DNA of 64,000 bases from an uncultured Rivularia sp. GTDB lineage: Bacteria > Cyanobacteriota > Cyanobacteriia > Cyanobacteriales > Nostocaceae. Positions 11,091-22,500 of the stretch are shown one piece after another. Where the stretch lies: contig OY762007.1 of NCBI GenBank assembly GCA_963665115.1, forward strand, positions 7,808,001 through 7,872,000, in the 5' to 3' direction. Position 1 is the first letter of the stretch, and each line of letters begins with the position of its first letter. Made by a program: the position numbers and the translations under genes. A model generated the notes under the pieces. It was given only the letters and a program-made list of their open reading frames with translations. It searched no databases and was not told the DNA's origin.

Positions 11091-12516
11091 ATGCAGGAGA
11101 CTATATCTTATAAAGAATCGGTGACTTCGGAGTCACAGGAAATTATTAAAAGCATCCCTAAATTGCTTTTGCTAGCAGATATTACTGGCTTAGTTTCTTC
11201 TCTATGTTTTATTTTTTGGTTGCGTTTTAATCGTTCGGTTGATTTCTTAAATCCAACTTGCTATGGATTTATACTTTTGGTTTTAGGAACGTTATATTTA
11301 GCGGATACTTACAAACCCGATAGGCAGATTGCCGGTTTAAGAGCGCCAGCACGCATTATCCTGAGCAATATATTTGTTGCTGGTGTTAGTGCTGCACTTA
11401 TTTACATATCTGGTGCTTGGAGAAATAATCCTCTATTATGGCGGAGCGTTTTGCTTCCCACTTTGGCAATTTTTACTGTTTGGGCGGCAATATTACGAAT
11501 TTGGATGGCTAGATTAATTCGTCAATACGCACAACAAAGTCGTTGGCTAATTTTGGGTGCAAATAAGAATACGATTCAATTTGCTCAAAATTTTCAAGCA
11601 CAGAATTCTCTGGGATGTTTGGTCATTTTAAGTGATAACTCCGACAATTCTGATTTATCTGAATACTCAGCTTCTTTAACACGACAATATACAGTAGGTA
11701 CAATTACAGATTTACCAGGATTGAGTTTACAGCGTTGGACAGGTGTGTTGTTAGGAAGCCAAATCGAATTATCCGATCGAATGGTGCCGCAATTGATGGC
11801 AATGCGATTGCAGGGAATTCCAGTTTACAAACTGCCAGATATCTATGAAAATTTATGGTACAAACTTCCTTCATCTTTGCTGCAAGATGCTTGGTTTACT
11901 TTCAGCACGGGTTTTAACCTAATGTCTGGTGGTTTTAATTCAAGGGTGAAGCGAGTATTCGATACAATTGCTTCAGCATTACTAATGTTGGTTCTATCTC
12001 CGTTAATGCTTTTGGTAGCCTTAGCAATCAAATTAGACAGTCCAGGTCCGATTTTTTATTCTCAAGAACGTACAGGACTAAACGGTAAAACATTCAAAGT
12101 TCACAAATTCCGCTCGATGTATCAAGATGCAGAAAAGCGGGGCGCACAATGGGCGCAGGAGCGGGACCCCCCGAATTACAAGAGTAGGCTATTGGTTGCG
12201 TTTAATGCGAATCGACGAACTTCCGCAGGTGTGGAATGTAGTAAAAGGAGAGATGAGTTTAATTGGGCCGCGTCCCGAAAGACCGCAGTTTGATACTCAG
12301 TTAAAAGAAGCGATTCCTTATTACGACATTCGCTATTTAGTTAAACCGGGAATTACGGGATGGGCACAGGTGCTTTATCCTTACGGTGCATCAATTGAGG
12401 ATGCTTATGAAAAGCTATCTTACGACCTTTATTATATCAAGAACTATTCTATTTGGCTGGATATAGCTATATTTTTCAAAACTATCCGAGTTGTTTTGTT
12501 AGGTAAGGGTAGATAA
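11091..12516 (+). CDS. Priming polyprenyl glycosylphosphotransferase (WcaJ/WbaP family); extra C near 12168
   Basis: KRVFD, KFRSM, DP/RITRVG, DELPQ, SLIGPRPE, VKPGITGWAQV across two frames. Confidence 0.9.
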
Positions 12517-12684
12517 AGCTGTCCGACCGATATCTGTATATTTATTCAATTGCGAATTCTCTGATTCCGTCGTGCTGTAGTCGCGTGTATCGTTCATCTG
12601 AAACCGAAAAACCTAGCGATTTTATCTATCAGAAATTGCTATATGTCTGCGTGTGAAGTGTATCTAACAAATAAAAATAGGTAA

Positions 12685-13698
12685 ATGAACAAAAAAATTT
12701 TGGTAACTGGAGGCGCGGGGTATATCGGCTCTCACGTTGTACGTCACCTTGGTGAAGCTGGCTACGATGTGATTGTTTACGACAATTGTTCGACAGGTTC
12801 TGCTGACTCTATACTTTATGGTGAGTTAGTTATCGGGGATTTAGCCGATACTGAACTTCTATATAAAGTTCTCTCTCGAAATCAATTTAGTGCGGTACTT
12901 CATTTTGCTGCTAGTCTGATAGTACCCGAATCCGTTGCTCGTCCTTTAGACTATTACAGCAACAATACTCGTAACACTCTGAATTTACTTCAATGCTGTA
13001 GCCTTACGGGTATAAATAAAATAATTTTTTCCAGTACGGCAGCGGTTTACGGCGAGCCGGAGAAAATTCCGGTAACGGAGTCAACGCCAACACAGCCAAT
13101 AAATCCTTACGGACGCTCAAAATTGATGAGCGAATGGTTAATTCAGGATTACGCCGCAGTTTCCGATTTAAACTATGTAATTTTACGCTATTTTAATGTA
13201 GCAGGAGCCGAGCCTAGCGGTAGATTAGGGCAGATATCACCTAACGCAACTCATCTAATAAAAGTTGCCTGCGATGCAGCTTTAAGACGCAGACCAGAAA
13301 TTAAAATTTTTGGTACTGATTTTCATACTCCCGATGGTACTGCAATTCGAGATTACATCCATGTTGAAGATTTAGCATCAGCACATCTAGATGCTTTGCG
13401 TTACTTAGAAAAAGGCAATCAAAGCGAAGTTTTGAACTGCGGTTACGGACAAGGATATAGCGTTCGCGAAGTAGTCGAACGAGTAAAAACAATTTCTGAA
13501 ACTGATTTTCCAGTTATTGAAACTAAACGTCGTCTGGGAGATCCAGCTTGTGTAATGGCTGAGTCTGAGAAAATTCGTAAAGTGCTTAACTGGCAACCTA
13601 AATATAACCAGCTAGATACAATAATTACGACAACTTTAACTTGGGAGATGCAAAAGGAAGCTAAGAAGAATAATTCAATAAGTCGCGTATTAGTGTAA
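12685..13698 (+). CDS. galE: UDP-glucose 4-epimerase
   Basis: GGAGYIGSH, YGRSK, LRYFNVAGA, DGTAIRDYIHV. Confidence 0.92.
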   Translation: MNKKILVTGGAGYIGSHVVRHLGEAGYDVIVYDNCSTGSADSILYGELVIGDLADTELLYKVLSRNQFSAVLHFAASLIVPESVARPLDYYSNNTRNTLNLLQCCSLTGINKIIFSSTAAVYGEPEKIPVTESTPTQPINPYGRSKLMSEWLIQDYAAVSDLNYVILRYFNVAGAEPSGRLGQISPNATHLIKVACDAALRRRPEIKIFGTDFHTPDGTAIRDYIHVEDLASAHLDALRYLEKGNQSEVLNCGYGQGYSVREVVERVKTISETDFPVIETKRRLGDPACVMAESEKIRKVLNWQPKYNQLDTIITTTLTWEMQKEAKKNNSISRVLV

Positions 13699-13770
13699 AT
13701 AAGTTGTATTGAGGTGCATCTGACTTGCAAGCTAAATAATAATTGAGAATTGGGCATTGGGCATTGCCAA

Positions 13771-14156
13771 TTACCACAATTTCTGAATCGGATAATTATC
13801 GAAAACAGCATCTATACTTACAATTGGCATTTGCTCAACTATTGCTTGAGCAATTAAAATTCTGTCAAAAGGATCGCGATGACGATCGGGTAAGTTTGTT
13901 AAAGCGTAGATATGAGAGGTTTCAATGGATAATAATTGTAAGCCATTGGTTTGACATTGACAATAACCAATTCAGGCAACGGTAAATCGAGGGTTAATTT
14001 ACCCAATTGCAGTTTGATTTGCATTTCCCAAATACTGGCAAGGCTGAATATTAAAGTATTGCTAGTATCAGTTAATAAGTTTACAACTTTAGTCGGCAAC
14101 CTATCTGGATCTCCAGCCGACCAAATTAATACATGAGTATCTAATAATATATTCAC
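13771..14156 (-). CDS. vapC: Second PIN-domain (VapC) toxin; frameshift near 13960
   Basis: VNILLDTHVLIW...SIWEMQIKLQLGKL, then in another frame HRDPFDRILIAQA...YPIQKLW*; close paralog of 6503-6889. Confidence 0.8.
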
Positions 14157-14380
14157 TGTTCGCCCATCCAAAATTCATCAGGTAAAGGTTCATTAAAATC
14201 ATCACTCATCCAAACTTTTCCTTTATTTAAGCCAAGTATCCGCTTTTTAACTGGCTGGGGTTGAACGTATTTCTGTCCTAAAAATTCAATAAAATCTACT
14301 ACCTGTTGTTGCTGCTGTGGTGGCAAATTTTGCAATTTAGCGATTATTTCTTCGGTGGTATTTACTATTTGGAAAGTCAT
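14153..14380 (-). CDS. DUF2281-type antitoxin
   Basis: LPPQQQQQVVDFIEFL...GKVWMSDDFNEPLPDEFW; GTGA overlap with the PIN gene. Confidence 0.85.
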   Translation of the reverse strand: MTFQIVNTTEEIIAKLQNLPPQQQQQVVDFIEFLGQKYVQPQPVKKRILGLNKGKVWMSDDFNEPLPDEFWMGEQ

Positions 14381-14706
14381 CTGGATTTTGGATTTTAGAT
14401 TTTGGATTTTACGGAAGGTTGGGGGTGTCGGTTTTCGTCCCCAAACTAACCATCGACGGATTTTGAATTAATTTTTAATCTTATATTTCTACTATTTTAC
14501 AAAAAAACGCACTTCAATAAATAATCTTTCTTTACTCTCTCTTTGGACTCCTCAACATAAAAATCCTTTGTCAAAATGGTACAGCACTTTGCAAATAAGT
14601 TACAGCCTCATATTACAAAACTCTTGTGGGATGGGCATCCCTGCCCGTCTGAATGTACCTCACAAAGATGAAATATGCTGTATTATACATGCATGATGTG
14701 GAGGAA

Positions 14707-14829
14707 ATGACAATGATGCCCGTAATTCTCAGCTTGGATACTGTGGAACTAGCAGACGAACAATTTTGACGTTTGTGTCAGCAGAATTGAGATTGGCAGT
14801 TGGAAAGGAGTGCGAAAGGAAAATTAGTT
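14707..14829 (+). pseudogene. Uma2 (DUF820) endonuclease 5' fragment
   Basis: MTMMPVILSLDTVELADEQF*RLCQQN*DWQLERSAKGKLV resembles the Uma2 N-terminus (L.DEQF..LC..N....ER...GEL), with two in-frame stops. Confidence 0.65.
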
Positions 14830-14903
14830 GACAAAATTATCTAACTTAACTTCCATATATGCATTTAGAATAATCGTAATTAAATTAACCGATTATTTTA
14901 TTC

Positions 14904-15609
14904 ATGATATTAAAATCTCTTTTTAAATATAATCGCTATCTATTTGGCGGTTTTTTAGTAATTATCAGTTTATTTTTAATCGGTGCTTTTATTCCTAGAA
15001 AGTGGGGAAATTATTCAAAGCAAAATTGTAATTATCAAATTTGTGTTGCGAATATGGGGATTCATTCCAATATTTTAGTCCCAACTAAGAATAATGCTCA
15101 TGACTGGCATAATTATCTATCTATAGAAAAAATTGGTATTGATAATGTTAATAATTATAAATATCTGAGTTTTGGTTGGGGAGATAAAGATTTTTATATG
15201 ACGATTAGCTCAATTTCAGATTTTAATTTTAATACTATTTTTAAAGCTGCATTTCTGCCTACTTCTTCGGTAATCTATGTAAGAGGTTATCAATCGTTAC
15301 CGCAAAATATAGAAGTAAAATGTATTTACACAAATAAAGCTAATTATTTGCGATTAATCGAGTTTATCGAAGCAAGTTTTAAATCAGATAGAAACAGCAA
15401 TAAAATTCGTATCGGTAATGGTTATACTTCTTCTGCGGGTTTTTATGCTGCAAAAGGAAATTACTCGATATTAAAAACTTGTAATGCATGGGACTGGGGA
15501 TGCTTTGAGAAAAGCCGATATTAACACTCCTCTATGGGATAGTTTATCGGGAGCAATTATGTTTCACTTAAGAAGTGGCTGCGAACCAAAAAAGTTGAAT
15601 AGGACATAA
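14904..15609 (+). CDS. DUF2459/TIGR02117-family protein; extra G near 15490
   Basis: GIHSNILVP, FGWGDKDFY, FYAAKGNYSILKTCNAW, continuing TGDALRKADINTPLW in another frame. Confidence 0.75.
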
Positions 15610-15664
15610 TTGGATTTGTCTCTTAAGATACTAGATATATAATCGGTTGTCTTAAGTAAATATA

Positions 15665-16489
15665 ATGGATTTGCACAATATAGATAATTATTTACGCCCT
15701 ACAGATATTAATAAAGTTACCGATTGGGGTGAAGGTTGGAGTTGGTTGGCTGGAGGTACTTGGTTATTTTCCGAACCACAACCCGAGATTAAAAATTTGG
15801 TAGATATACAGTCTTTGGGATGGGACGAAATTGAATTTGTTAATTCTAATTCCCATAAAGGGGGGCTTTTGGCTATTGGTGCAACTTGTCCTTTAATTAA
15901 GTTATTGCAGTATCCTTGGTTGCCTGAATACAAAGCTGTGGAGGGTTTTAAAGGTGCGATATCAGCGCTTTCTGCTTCTTTGAAAGTAGTTAATGTAGCT
16001 ACCGTGGGGGGTAATATTTGTCTTGCGTTATCGGTAGGAACTCTTGCACCTATTATGATGGCTTTGGATGCAAGTTATGAGATTTGGAATCTTAAGGGAA
16101 AATCGCGGATAGTTGCTGGGAAAGATTTTCAAATCGGCTTTCGTCAAACAGTTTTGAAATCAGGGGAATTATTACGACGAGTTTTAATTCCTGTAGAAAA
16201 TATGAAGTGGCAAGTTGATTATCAACGTTTTGGTATTGCAGCAAGCGATTCTGCTTTAGCAATTGTTGTAGGTGCTTATGATTCGGTGGCTAAATTGCGG
16301 TTGGTTATCAGTGCAAGTATTGCCGCACCCGTGTTATTAGAATTTGAAAGTGATTTACTTGATGATTTGAATTATATTACATCTTTAGAAAATATAGATT
16401 TTATTGAAGATGCAAGAGCTAGTGCTGTTTATCGTCGAGAAATAACACAGATTTTGATTAAGCGATGTTTAAAAGAGTTAGGAGTGTAG
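15665..16489 (+). CDS. FAD-binding subunit, xanthine dehydrogenase/CO dehydrogenase family
   Basis: WLAGGTWL and NVATVGGNICL motifs. Confidence 0.85.
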   Translation: MDLHNIDNYLRPTDINKVTDWGEGWSWLAGGTWLFSEPQPEIKNLVDIQSLGWDEIEFVNSNSHKGGLLAIGATCPLIKLLQYPWLPEYKAVEGFKGAISALSASLKVVNVATVGGNICLALSVGTLAPIMMALDASYEIWNLKGKSRIVAGKDFQIGFRQTVLKSGELLRRVLIPVENMKWQVDYQRFGIAASDSALAIVVGAYDSVAKLRLVISASIAAPVLLEFESDLLDDLNYITSLENIDFIEDARASAVYRREITQILIKRCLKELGV

Positions 16490-16516
16490 AGACGTAGCAC
16501 TGCTACGTCTGTACAG

Positions 16517-16598
16517 TTAGGAGTTAAGAGTTAGGAGTTACCAATTACCAATTACCAATTACCAATTATCAATTACCAATTACCAATTACCAATTACC
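16517..16598 (+). repeat. STRR-type heptamer tandem repeats (TTAGGAG, ACCAATT)n
   Basis: Direct tandem heptamers visible in the sequence. Confidence 0.9.
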
Positions 16599-16608
16599 CT
16601 TCTAATAT

Positions 16609-19253
16609 ATGCAATCTCTAAATTTCAAGGTTAATAACCAACATCACAGCGCAACTTGTCATCCTGGAAGCAGTCTGCTTTCGCTACTTCGTCAACTTAA
16701 TTACTTCGGAGTACATCGCGCTTGTGAAACTGGCGATTGTGGTGCTTGTACTGTTTGGCTAAATGATACACCGGTGCATAGCTGCATTTTTCCTGCGATG
16801 CGAATTAACGAACAATCTGTAACTACCATTGAAGGGTTATCGCAAAATAACCAACTTGCACCGATACAGCAAGCATTTTTACAAGCTCAAGGGTTTCAAT
16901 GCGGGTTTTGTACTCCAGGAATGATTATGAGTGCAGCTAAGTTTCCTTTCTCATCAGTACAAGACTCACATACTAATATGAAAGGAAACCTCTGTCGCTG
17001 CACTGGCTACCAAGCAATTATTGAAAGTATTTTACTTTTTCAAAATTCAAATGGGCGTGACATCGTTGCCACACCCGCAATTCTCACACCACACTCCGTC
17101 GGAGAAAGCGTTCCTAAACAAGATGGAACCGCAATCGTTACAGGTAAAGCATACTACACTGCTGATAATTTGCAATCCGGATTATTACATTTAAAAATTT
17201 TGCGATCGCCTTTTTCTCATGCAAAAATCCGCAATATTAATGTTGACAAGGCTAAAGCACTCGAAGGGGTAGTAGATATCTTTACTTATAAAGACGTAAA
17301 AAGGGTACCCTACACAACCGCAGGGGACACGCAGAACCAGTTCCCGATCCTTTAGACCATTATTTGCTGGATATAATAGTGCGTTTTGTGGGGGATAGAG
17401 TTGCTGCTGTAGTGGCTGAGTCGGTTAATATTGCCACAAAAGCCTGCGAGTTAATTGAGGTTGATTACGAAATTTTACCTTACGTTACCAATCCGGTGGA
17501 AGCAATGGCAGATGGTAGCGTTGTTATTCATGATGAACCGGAATCTCAGCAAATTCCCGATAGAAATCGCAATATTGCAGGTGAAATATTTCTGGAATCG
17601 GGGAATGTAGAAGAAGCTTTTAATGAAGCAGATTTAATTGTAGAAAATACTTATCATTTACCAGCAGTACAACACGTCCACTTAGAGCCTCATGTAACCG
17701 TAACTCATTTGGAATCGGATGGTACTTTGGTTGTTCGCAGCAGTACCCAAGTACCGTTTCACTGTCAAAGATTATTATCGCAACTTTTTGATATTCCTAA
17801 AGAGAAAATTCGGGTTTATAAACCACAACTCGGCGGTGGTTTTGGCAATAAGCAAGAAATTTTAACAGAAGATTTATGTGCTTTAGCAACTTTACGTACT
17901 GGTAAACCCGTACAGTGGGAGATGACGAGAAATGAAGAATTTACCGCTACAAATAGCCGTCATGCAATGACAATTAAGTTAAAAACTGGAGTGAAAACAG
18001 ATGGTATGATTGTCGCTCAAGATTTAGAAATCATTGCAAATACTGGCGCTTATGGTAATCATGGTAAGACGGTGGTATTTTTATCTGGCTATATTCCTTT
18101 AGGTTTATATCGTTGCGATAATAAAAGATTTCAAGCATATGCTGTTTATACTAATACCATGCCTGGAGGTGCATTTCGCGGTTATGGTGCAACTCAAGGC
18201 ACTTTTGCAATGGAATCTCAAATTGATGAAATTGCCGATAAATTAGGTATTGATGTTATAGAAATTAGGCAGAAAAATTTGATTCGTCCTGGGGATTTAG
18301 TTAGTTTAGGGAATGATGGCGAGCATTTTAATTTAATTGGTAGTTATGCGGTTGAAGAATGTTTTGCTAAAGTTATTCATGCATTAAATTACGTTCCTGG
18401 TAAACCTCCTGTTATTAATGGAAATCGCCGCCGTGGTGTCGGTTTTGCTGTTTCAATGCAGGGAAGCGGTTTATGTAAAATCCATACTGCTTGCGTTAAG
18501 TTATCACGGTTAGCTGATGGGAAATATGAGTTAAGAACGGGTTCGGTTGATGTTGGTACTGGTTCCGATACCACTTTACGACAAATTGCGGCGGAAGTTT
18601 TAGGGGTAACGATTGCCGACATCGATATTATTTCTGGAGATACCCAATTAACTCCTTTTGATGCAGGTTCTTATGCTTCTGCAACCATGTATATTTCCGG
18701 ACAAGCTGTTAAGTTAGCAGCGGAGAAATTGAAAGATAAAATAGCAGGTGAGATAACTTCACAAGAGAGAATAGAAGTAGAAGAAAGTTATACAGCTGAT
18801 GAAGCAACTTTAACTTTTGCAGTTCAAGGTGTAGAAGTGGAAGTTGATATTGAAACGGGGAAAGTAGAGGTTTTGAGGTGCGTACAAGCAATTGATATTG
18901 GTAAAGCAATCAATCCTAAAATTTGTGAAGGACAAGCAACCGGGGGAATTGCGATGGGTATTGGTTATGCATTAACCGAAGAATTATTATTTGACGAACA
19001 AGGAAGAATTATTAATCCTAAACTGCGGGAATATCGCATCCCCACAGCGGCAGATATGCCACCAATGGAAGTATTTCTAATAGAAAAAACCGACCCCTAC
19101 GGCCCATTTGGAGCTAAAGGTGTAGGAGAAATCACAACCAACTGTACCGCGCCAGCGATTGCAAATGCCATTACTCATGCTACAGGTGCAAGATTGCGAC
19201 AATTACCAATGACACCCGAAAGAGTTTGGCAAGAGTTAGGGATTAAGAGTTAG
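16609..19253 (+). CDS. Fused [2Fe-2S] plus molybdopterin-binding subunit, xanthine dehydrogenase family; frameshift in GGGG near 17324
   Basis: CETGDCGAC, QCGFCTPG, NLCRCTGY, GGGFGNK, AFRGYG, GAKGVGE; the frames rejoin as TAG-HAEPVPDPLDHYLLD. Confidence 0.85.
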
Positions 19254-19316
19254 TTGTTAGTTGTTAGTGGTTAGTTGTTCGTTTTTGATAACTGTTCACT
19301 GTTCACTGTTCACTGC
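19251..19316 (+). repeat. Heptamer tandem repeats (TAGTTGT)n and (CTGTTCA)n
   Basis: Seen directly between convergent genes. Confidence 0.85.
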
Positions 19317-19847
19317 TCACTGTATCTCTTTGACATCAGCAACAGTGGCATTGATATCATAATCGAAGCCTTCTATTTTAGCAGGGCTACCGATTTTAAC
19401 TAAGCTTTCACCTACTACTGCACCAGCATTTTGCATTTGGGCTTTACCCGTCAATGCGATTGATAAATTTGTTTCAAACTTAGCGCTGGGATCTGGTAAT
19501 TCTTTTACCGAACCATCTGGTTGAGTCACATTTATGGTGACGGGTAACTGCTTGACAGATTTTATCGTCATTTGACCTGAAGGTTTATTGTCAATTGTTA
19601 GGGTGGTTTTGCCACCACTTTTTAAGCTTTGCTCCAATAAGGCTTCAGGACGAAGTAAATTTAAACCGTCCACAAATAAATCTACTTCTATCGGCTTTGT
19701 GGGGATATTTACCTGAGCGTTCGTTGCGGATATGTTAGAGAACAAGATTATAAGTGCGAATGTCACGGCGATCGCCGGAATAAGCGACAGATTCAAAGTT
19801 CGCCTTACCCGAGCAGAATTAAAACCATTACAATTCCAAATTGCCAT
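19317..19847 (-). CDS. DUF4330-family membrane protein
   Basis: N-terminal TM, KPIEVD, VTQPDGSVKELPDP, VKIG motifs. Confidence 0.7.
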   Translation of the reverse strand: MAIWNCNGFNSARVRRTLNLSLIPAIAVTFALIILFSNISATNAQVNIPTKPIEVDLFVDGLNLLRPEALLEQSLKSGGKTTLTIDNKPSGQMTIKSVKQLPVTINVTQPDGSVKELPDPSAKFETNLSIALTGKAQMQNAGAVVGESLVKIGSPAKIEGFDYDINATVADVKEIQ

Positions 19848-20056
19848 TAAAAATAATGCCTTTCGATGCAAGTTGGACAAATAAAAAAAGTCAACCAGTG
19901 CAAATGTTGAGCTTTCATACGATAGTAGCGCAACTGTTGACAAATGAGTGATATAAAAGTCTAATATGTAATAATTACTAGTCGCTGTTACAAGACTATG
20001 ACTAGTAGGTAACTAAAAATACTTTAGAAAATTTACATTAAGCTGGGGTGAATAGA

Positions 20057-20218
20057 ATGTCTACTGCCTATTTAAAAGAAGAAGAGACTTTAGAAGTAAG
20101 TATGGAAGACTTAGAAAAGTATCTGTATGAAAATCATGAGAGGATAGGAAATCGCCGCAAGAAATTACGTAAACTTCCTATAATAGATATTAAAGATAAT
20201 TCAACTACAAGTAAATAG
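20057..20218 (+). CDS. Small hypothetical protein (53 aa)
   Basis: MSTAYLKEEETLEVSMEDLEKYLYENHERIGNRRKKLRKLPIIDIKDNSTTSK*, preceded by a GGGGTG RBS-like sequence; below the ORF-track cutoff. Confidence 0.5.
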   Translation: MSTAYLKEEETLEVSMEDLEKYLYENHERIGNRRKKLRKLPIIDIKDNSTTSK

Positions 20219-20286
20219 TTAATTATTTTAAATAAAAAATATACCATTTACCAACTTTCCCCAGGAAGTTGTAATTTTTCAATAAC

Positions 20287-20778
20287 TCAAACAATCTCAA
20301 ATTCCAACTGATGACTTTTCAAAAAACTATGAGTGAAATGGTCAACTTCATTTGTATTGCTTAATTCTAAGTTGTAAAAGTCTACTTTGTCATGTTCAAA
20401 ATAAGGTCCTGCGTGCCATGTTCCGACATTTAATTTAATAAAACAATTTCCGGGGATGCGAAAGGCTGCAATATTTTGTAACTCCGGTTCATTTTTATTA
20501 TTAGCCGGACAAACCGCCATTAACCAATCTTTATCAGCTAAAGAACCCAAGCATTGAGTACATTCTGCGTGACGGGTAATATTGTGAAACTTGTTTCCCC
20601 TACCATGCAATTGCATAATATAAAATCTAGGGATGCCGTTGTCAAGGACTAATTGAGCATCTTCTCTATCAAATAATTTACCATCTTTGCTAGGAAAAAT
20701 AACCTGTCCGTAAGGTTGAAAGTTTTCCAAGGTTATAGCTTGCGCCAATAATTGTTTTACTGTTTTTGTATTAGTCAT
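20287..20778 (-). CDS. Ureidoglycolate lyase-like cupin
   Basis: ITLENFQPYGQVI, ITRHAECTQCLG, GTWHAGPYF. Confidence 0.75.
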   Translation of the reverse strand: MTNTKTVKQLLAQAITLENFQPYGQVIFPSKDGKLFDREDAQLVLDNGIPRFYIMQLHGRGNKFHNITRHAECTQCLGSLADKDWLMAVCPANNKNEPELQNIAAFRIPGNCFIKLNVGTWHAGPYFEHDKVDFYNLELSNTNEVDHFTHSFLKSHQLEFEIV

Positions 20779-20820
20779 ATATAAAATTCCTCTAACTGAT
20801 AACTGTTCACTGTTCACTGT

Positions 20821-21270
20821 TTACAATTCCAACTCTTTCGGAATCATTGATTTAGGAATAATAGAAGCTTGTTTTTCTTTATCGCTAGGTTTTGTATACC
20901 AGTAAGCCCAAGCAATCAAAACTCCTTGGAGGGGAAGTCTAATAGCTTGAAATAAAGGCGAACCAGAATATGGTATACTATCGATTTCAATATGATTAAT
21001 TGCCATATTGATGTTAGCTGGATAAACCGCGATAAATAATGCAATTATTCCCCATGCAGTAGGTTGACTTAAAGGGGGAACTAATAAACCGATACCACCT
21101 AGTATTTCATAAAAGCCACTTAAATAAACTAAACCCAAAGGATAGGGAAGTTGCGGTGGCATAATTTTTACAAAAGGTTGAGGAATCGCAAAGTGCAAAA
21201 TTCCCACAATTATTAAGGCTACGGAAAGGATAACCCTTAAAAGTTCTTTGTTCTTTTTTATAAGTTCCAT
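20821..21270 (-). CDS. DoxX-like membrane protein
   Basis: GILHF...P.PF..IMP..LPYP..LVYLSG..EILGGIGLL...VYPANINMA, RLPLQ. Confidence 0.8.
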   Translation of the reverse strand: MELIKKNKELLRVILSVALIIVGILHFAIPQPFVKIMPPQLPYPLGLVYLSGFYEILGGIGLLVPPLSQPTAWGIIALFIAVYPANINMAINHIEIDSIPYSGSPLFQAIRLPLQGVLIAWAYWYTKPSDKEKQASIIPKSMIPKELEL

Positions 21271-21415
21271 TTGAGCGAATACAGGAAAATTTCTCGAATA
21301 TTCCTTCAGTTTGTTACCTCAAGATTGCTTTGTCTTCCGTCGGGAGTCAGAAAAATTGAATTATTCACATCTTGCAGCAGTGTCAGAAACCCGGTTTCTT
21401 TAGACTTGTTGGGAA

Positions 21416-21519
21416 TAAGCTGATGTGCAGCTAAGTTGTATTTAAAAAAAATTGGAATTATTGTAGTGCGGGCCGAACAGCCCGCTAGTACTATACAAAT
21501 TAAGTGCGTAACAGCTTAG
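21416..21519. mobile_element. About 100-bp MITE-like element, ends TAAGCTG...CAGCTTA, with internal GCGGGC...GCCCGC hairpin
   Basis: Reverse-complement relative at 45676-45778. Confidence 0.6.
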
Positions 21520-21793
21520 TGCAAGATGCCAGGTTATAATCTTTCAAAATCTGAATTAACACTAATTATTTTTCTATCAATGATTTTCCGCATTAACAGT
21601 TTGACTTGTCGGAACAAAACATCAGGCGTACTACGGTAGCATAAGTATCATTCCGTACATAAAATGATATTTAGTGCAAGGATTTATTACGAATCGTAGT
21701 AAAACTGTGCTGTTTTGAGTTATTGCAATCGGGGAAACCATCTATCAAGCAATCTCAAACTAAAGTGATTTATTGATTATTGGTAGGAAAATA

Positions 21794-22366
21794 ATGAACA
21801 AGTTTATCAAAGCTCTGACAATTACTAGCGCAACTGCGATCGCAATGTTTACTGCATCTTTTCCTGCAAAAGCAGTAGTAGTGAATTGGAGTCTGAATGG
21901 TGTCACCTACGATGATGGGGGAATAGTTAGTGGAAGCTTTCAGTATGATGCTGACACCAAGGAAATAGGAAACTTCGATATTTTTGTTACTGATGGAAGT
22001 ACATTCTCAAGTTTTGATTATCAACTTGCTGGATTATTTGGTGGGTTTAATGGCACTGGTTTTAGTTTACGAAATTTCAGATCTAACAATAGATTTTTCC
22101 AATTAGCCTTCGATTCTCCGTTGACTAATGCAGGAGGAATAGTTTCATATGCTCCTAACACAAGTTTTGAGGCAACTTGTTTTGGGATGAATTGTTCTAC
22201 ACCTGTATTTCCTGCAAGATTAGTCAATGCAGGTACGTTCGTAGGTACGGTAGAAACTGAAAAAGTACCCGAACCTTTGACTATTATGGGTACTGTTTTA
22301 GCAGGGGGAATGGGAATTGCAATCAAGAAAAAGCGAGCTAAGAAGAATGTAGAATCAGGGATTTAA
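21794..22366 (+). CDS. PEP-CTERM sorting-domain protein
   Basis: Signal peptide ending AKA; C-terminal VPEP + TM + KKKRAKK. Confidence 0.9.
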   Translation: MNKFIKALTITSATAIAMFTASFPAKAVVVNWSLNGVTYDDGGIVSGSFQYDADTKEIGNFDIFVTDGSTFSSFDYQLAGLFGGFNGTGFSLRNFRSNNRFFQLAFDSPLTNAGGIVSYAPNTSFEATCFGMNCSTPVFPARLVNAGTFVGTVETEKVPEPLTIMGTVLAGGMGIAIKKKRAKKNVESGI

Positions 22367-22424
22367 TACCGATCGTTCAACTTGCTCGCTTATTATTTTG
22401 GATTAAATAAATTTTAACAGTAAT

Positions 22425-22459
22425 CGGGTGAGGGTTGATTATAACTCCACCGGATTTTT
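22425..22459 (+). terminator. Putative intrinsic terminator
   Basis: GGTGAGGGTT-loop-AACTCCACC imperfect hairpin followed by ATTTTT after the PEP-CTERM gene. Confidence 0.45.
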
Positions 22460-22500
22460 GTTTATGATATTAGTTATTTAATAATTAAAATTAAAAACTC

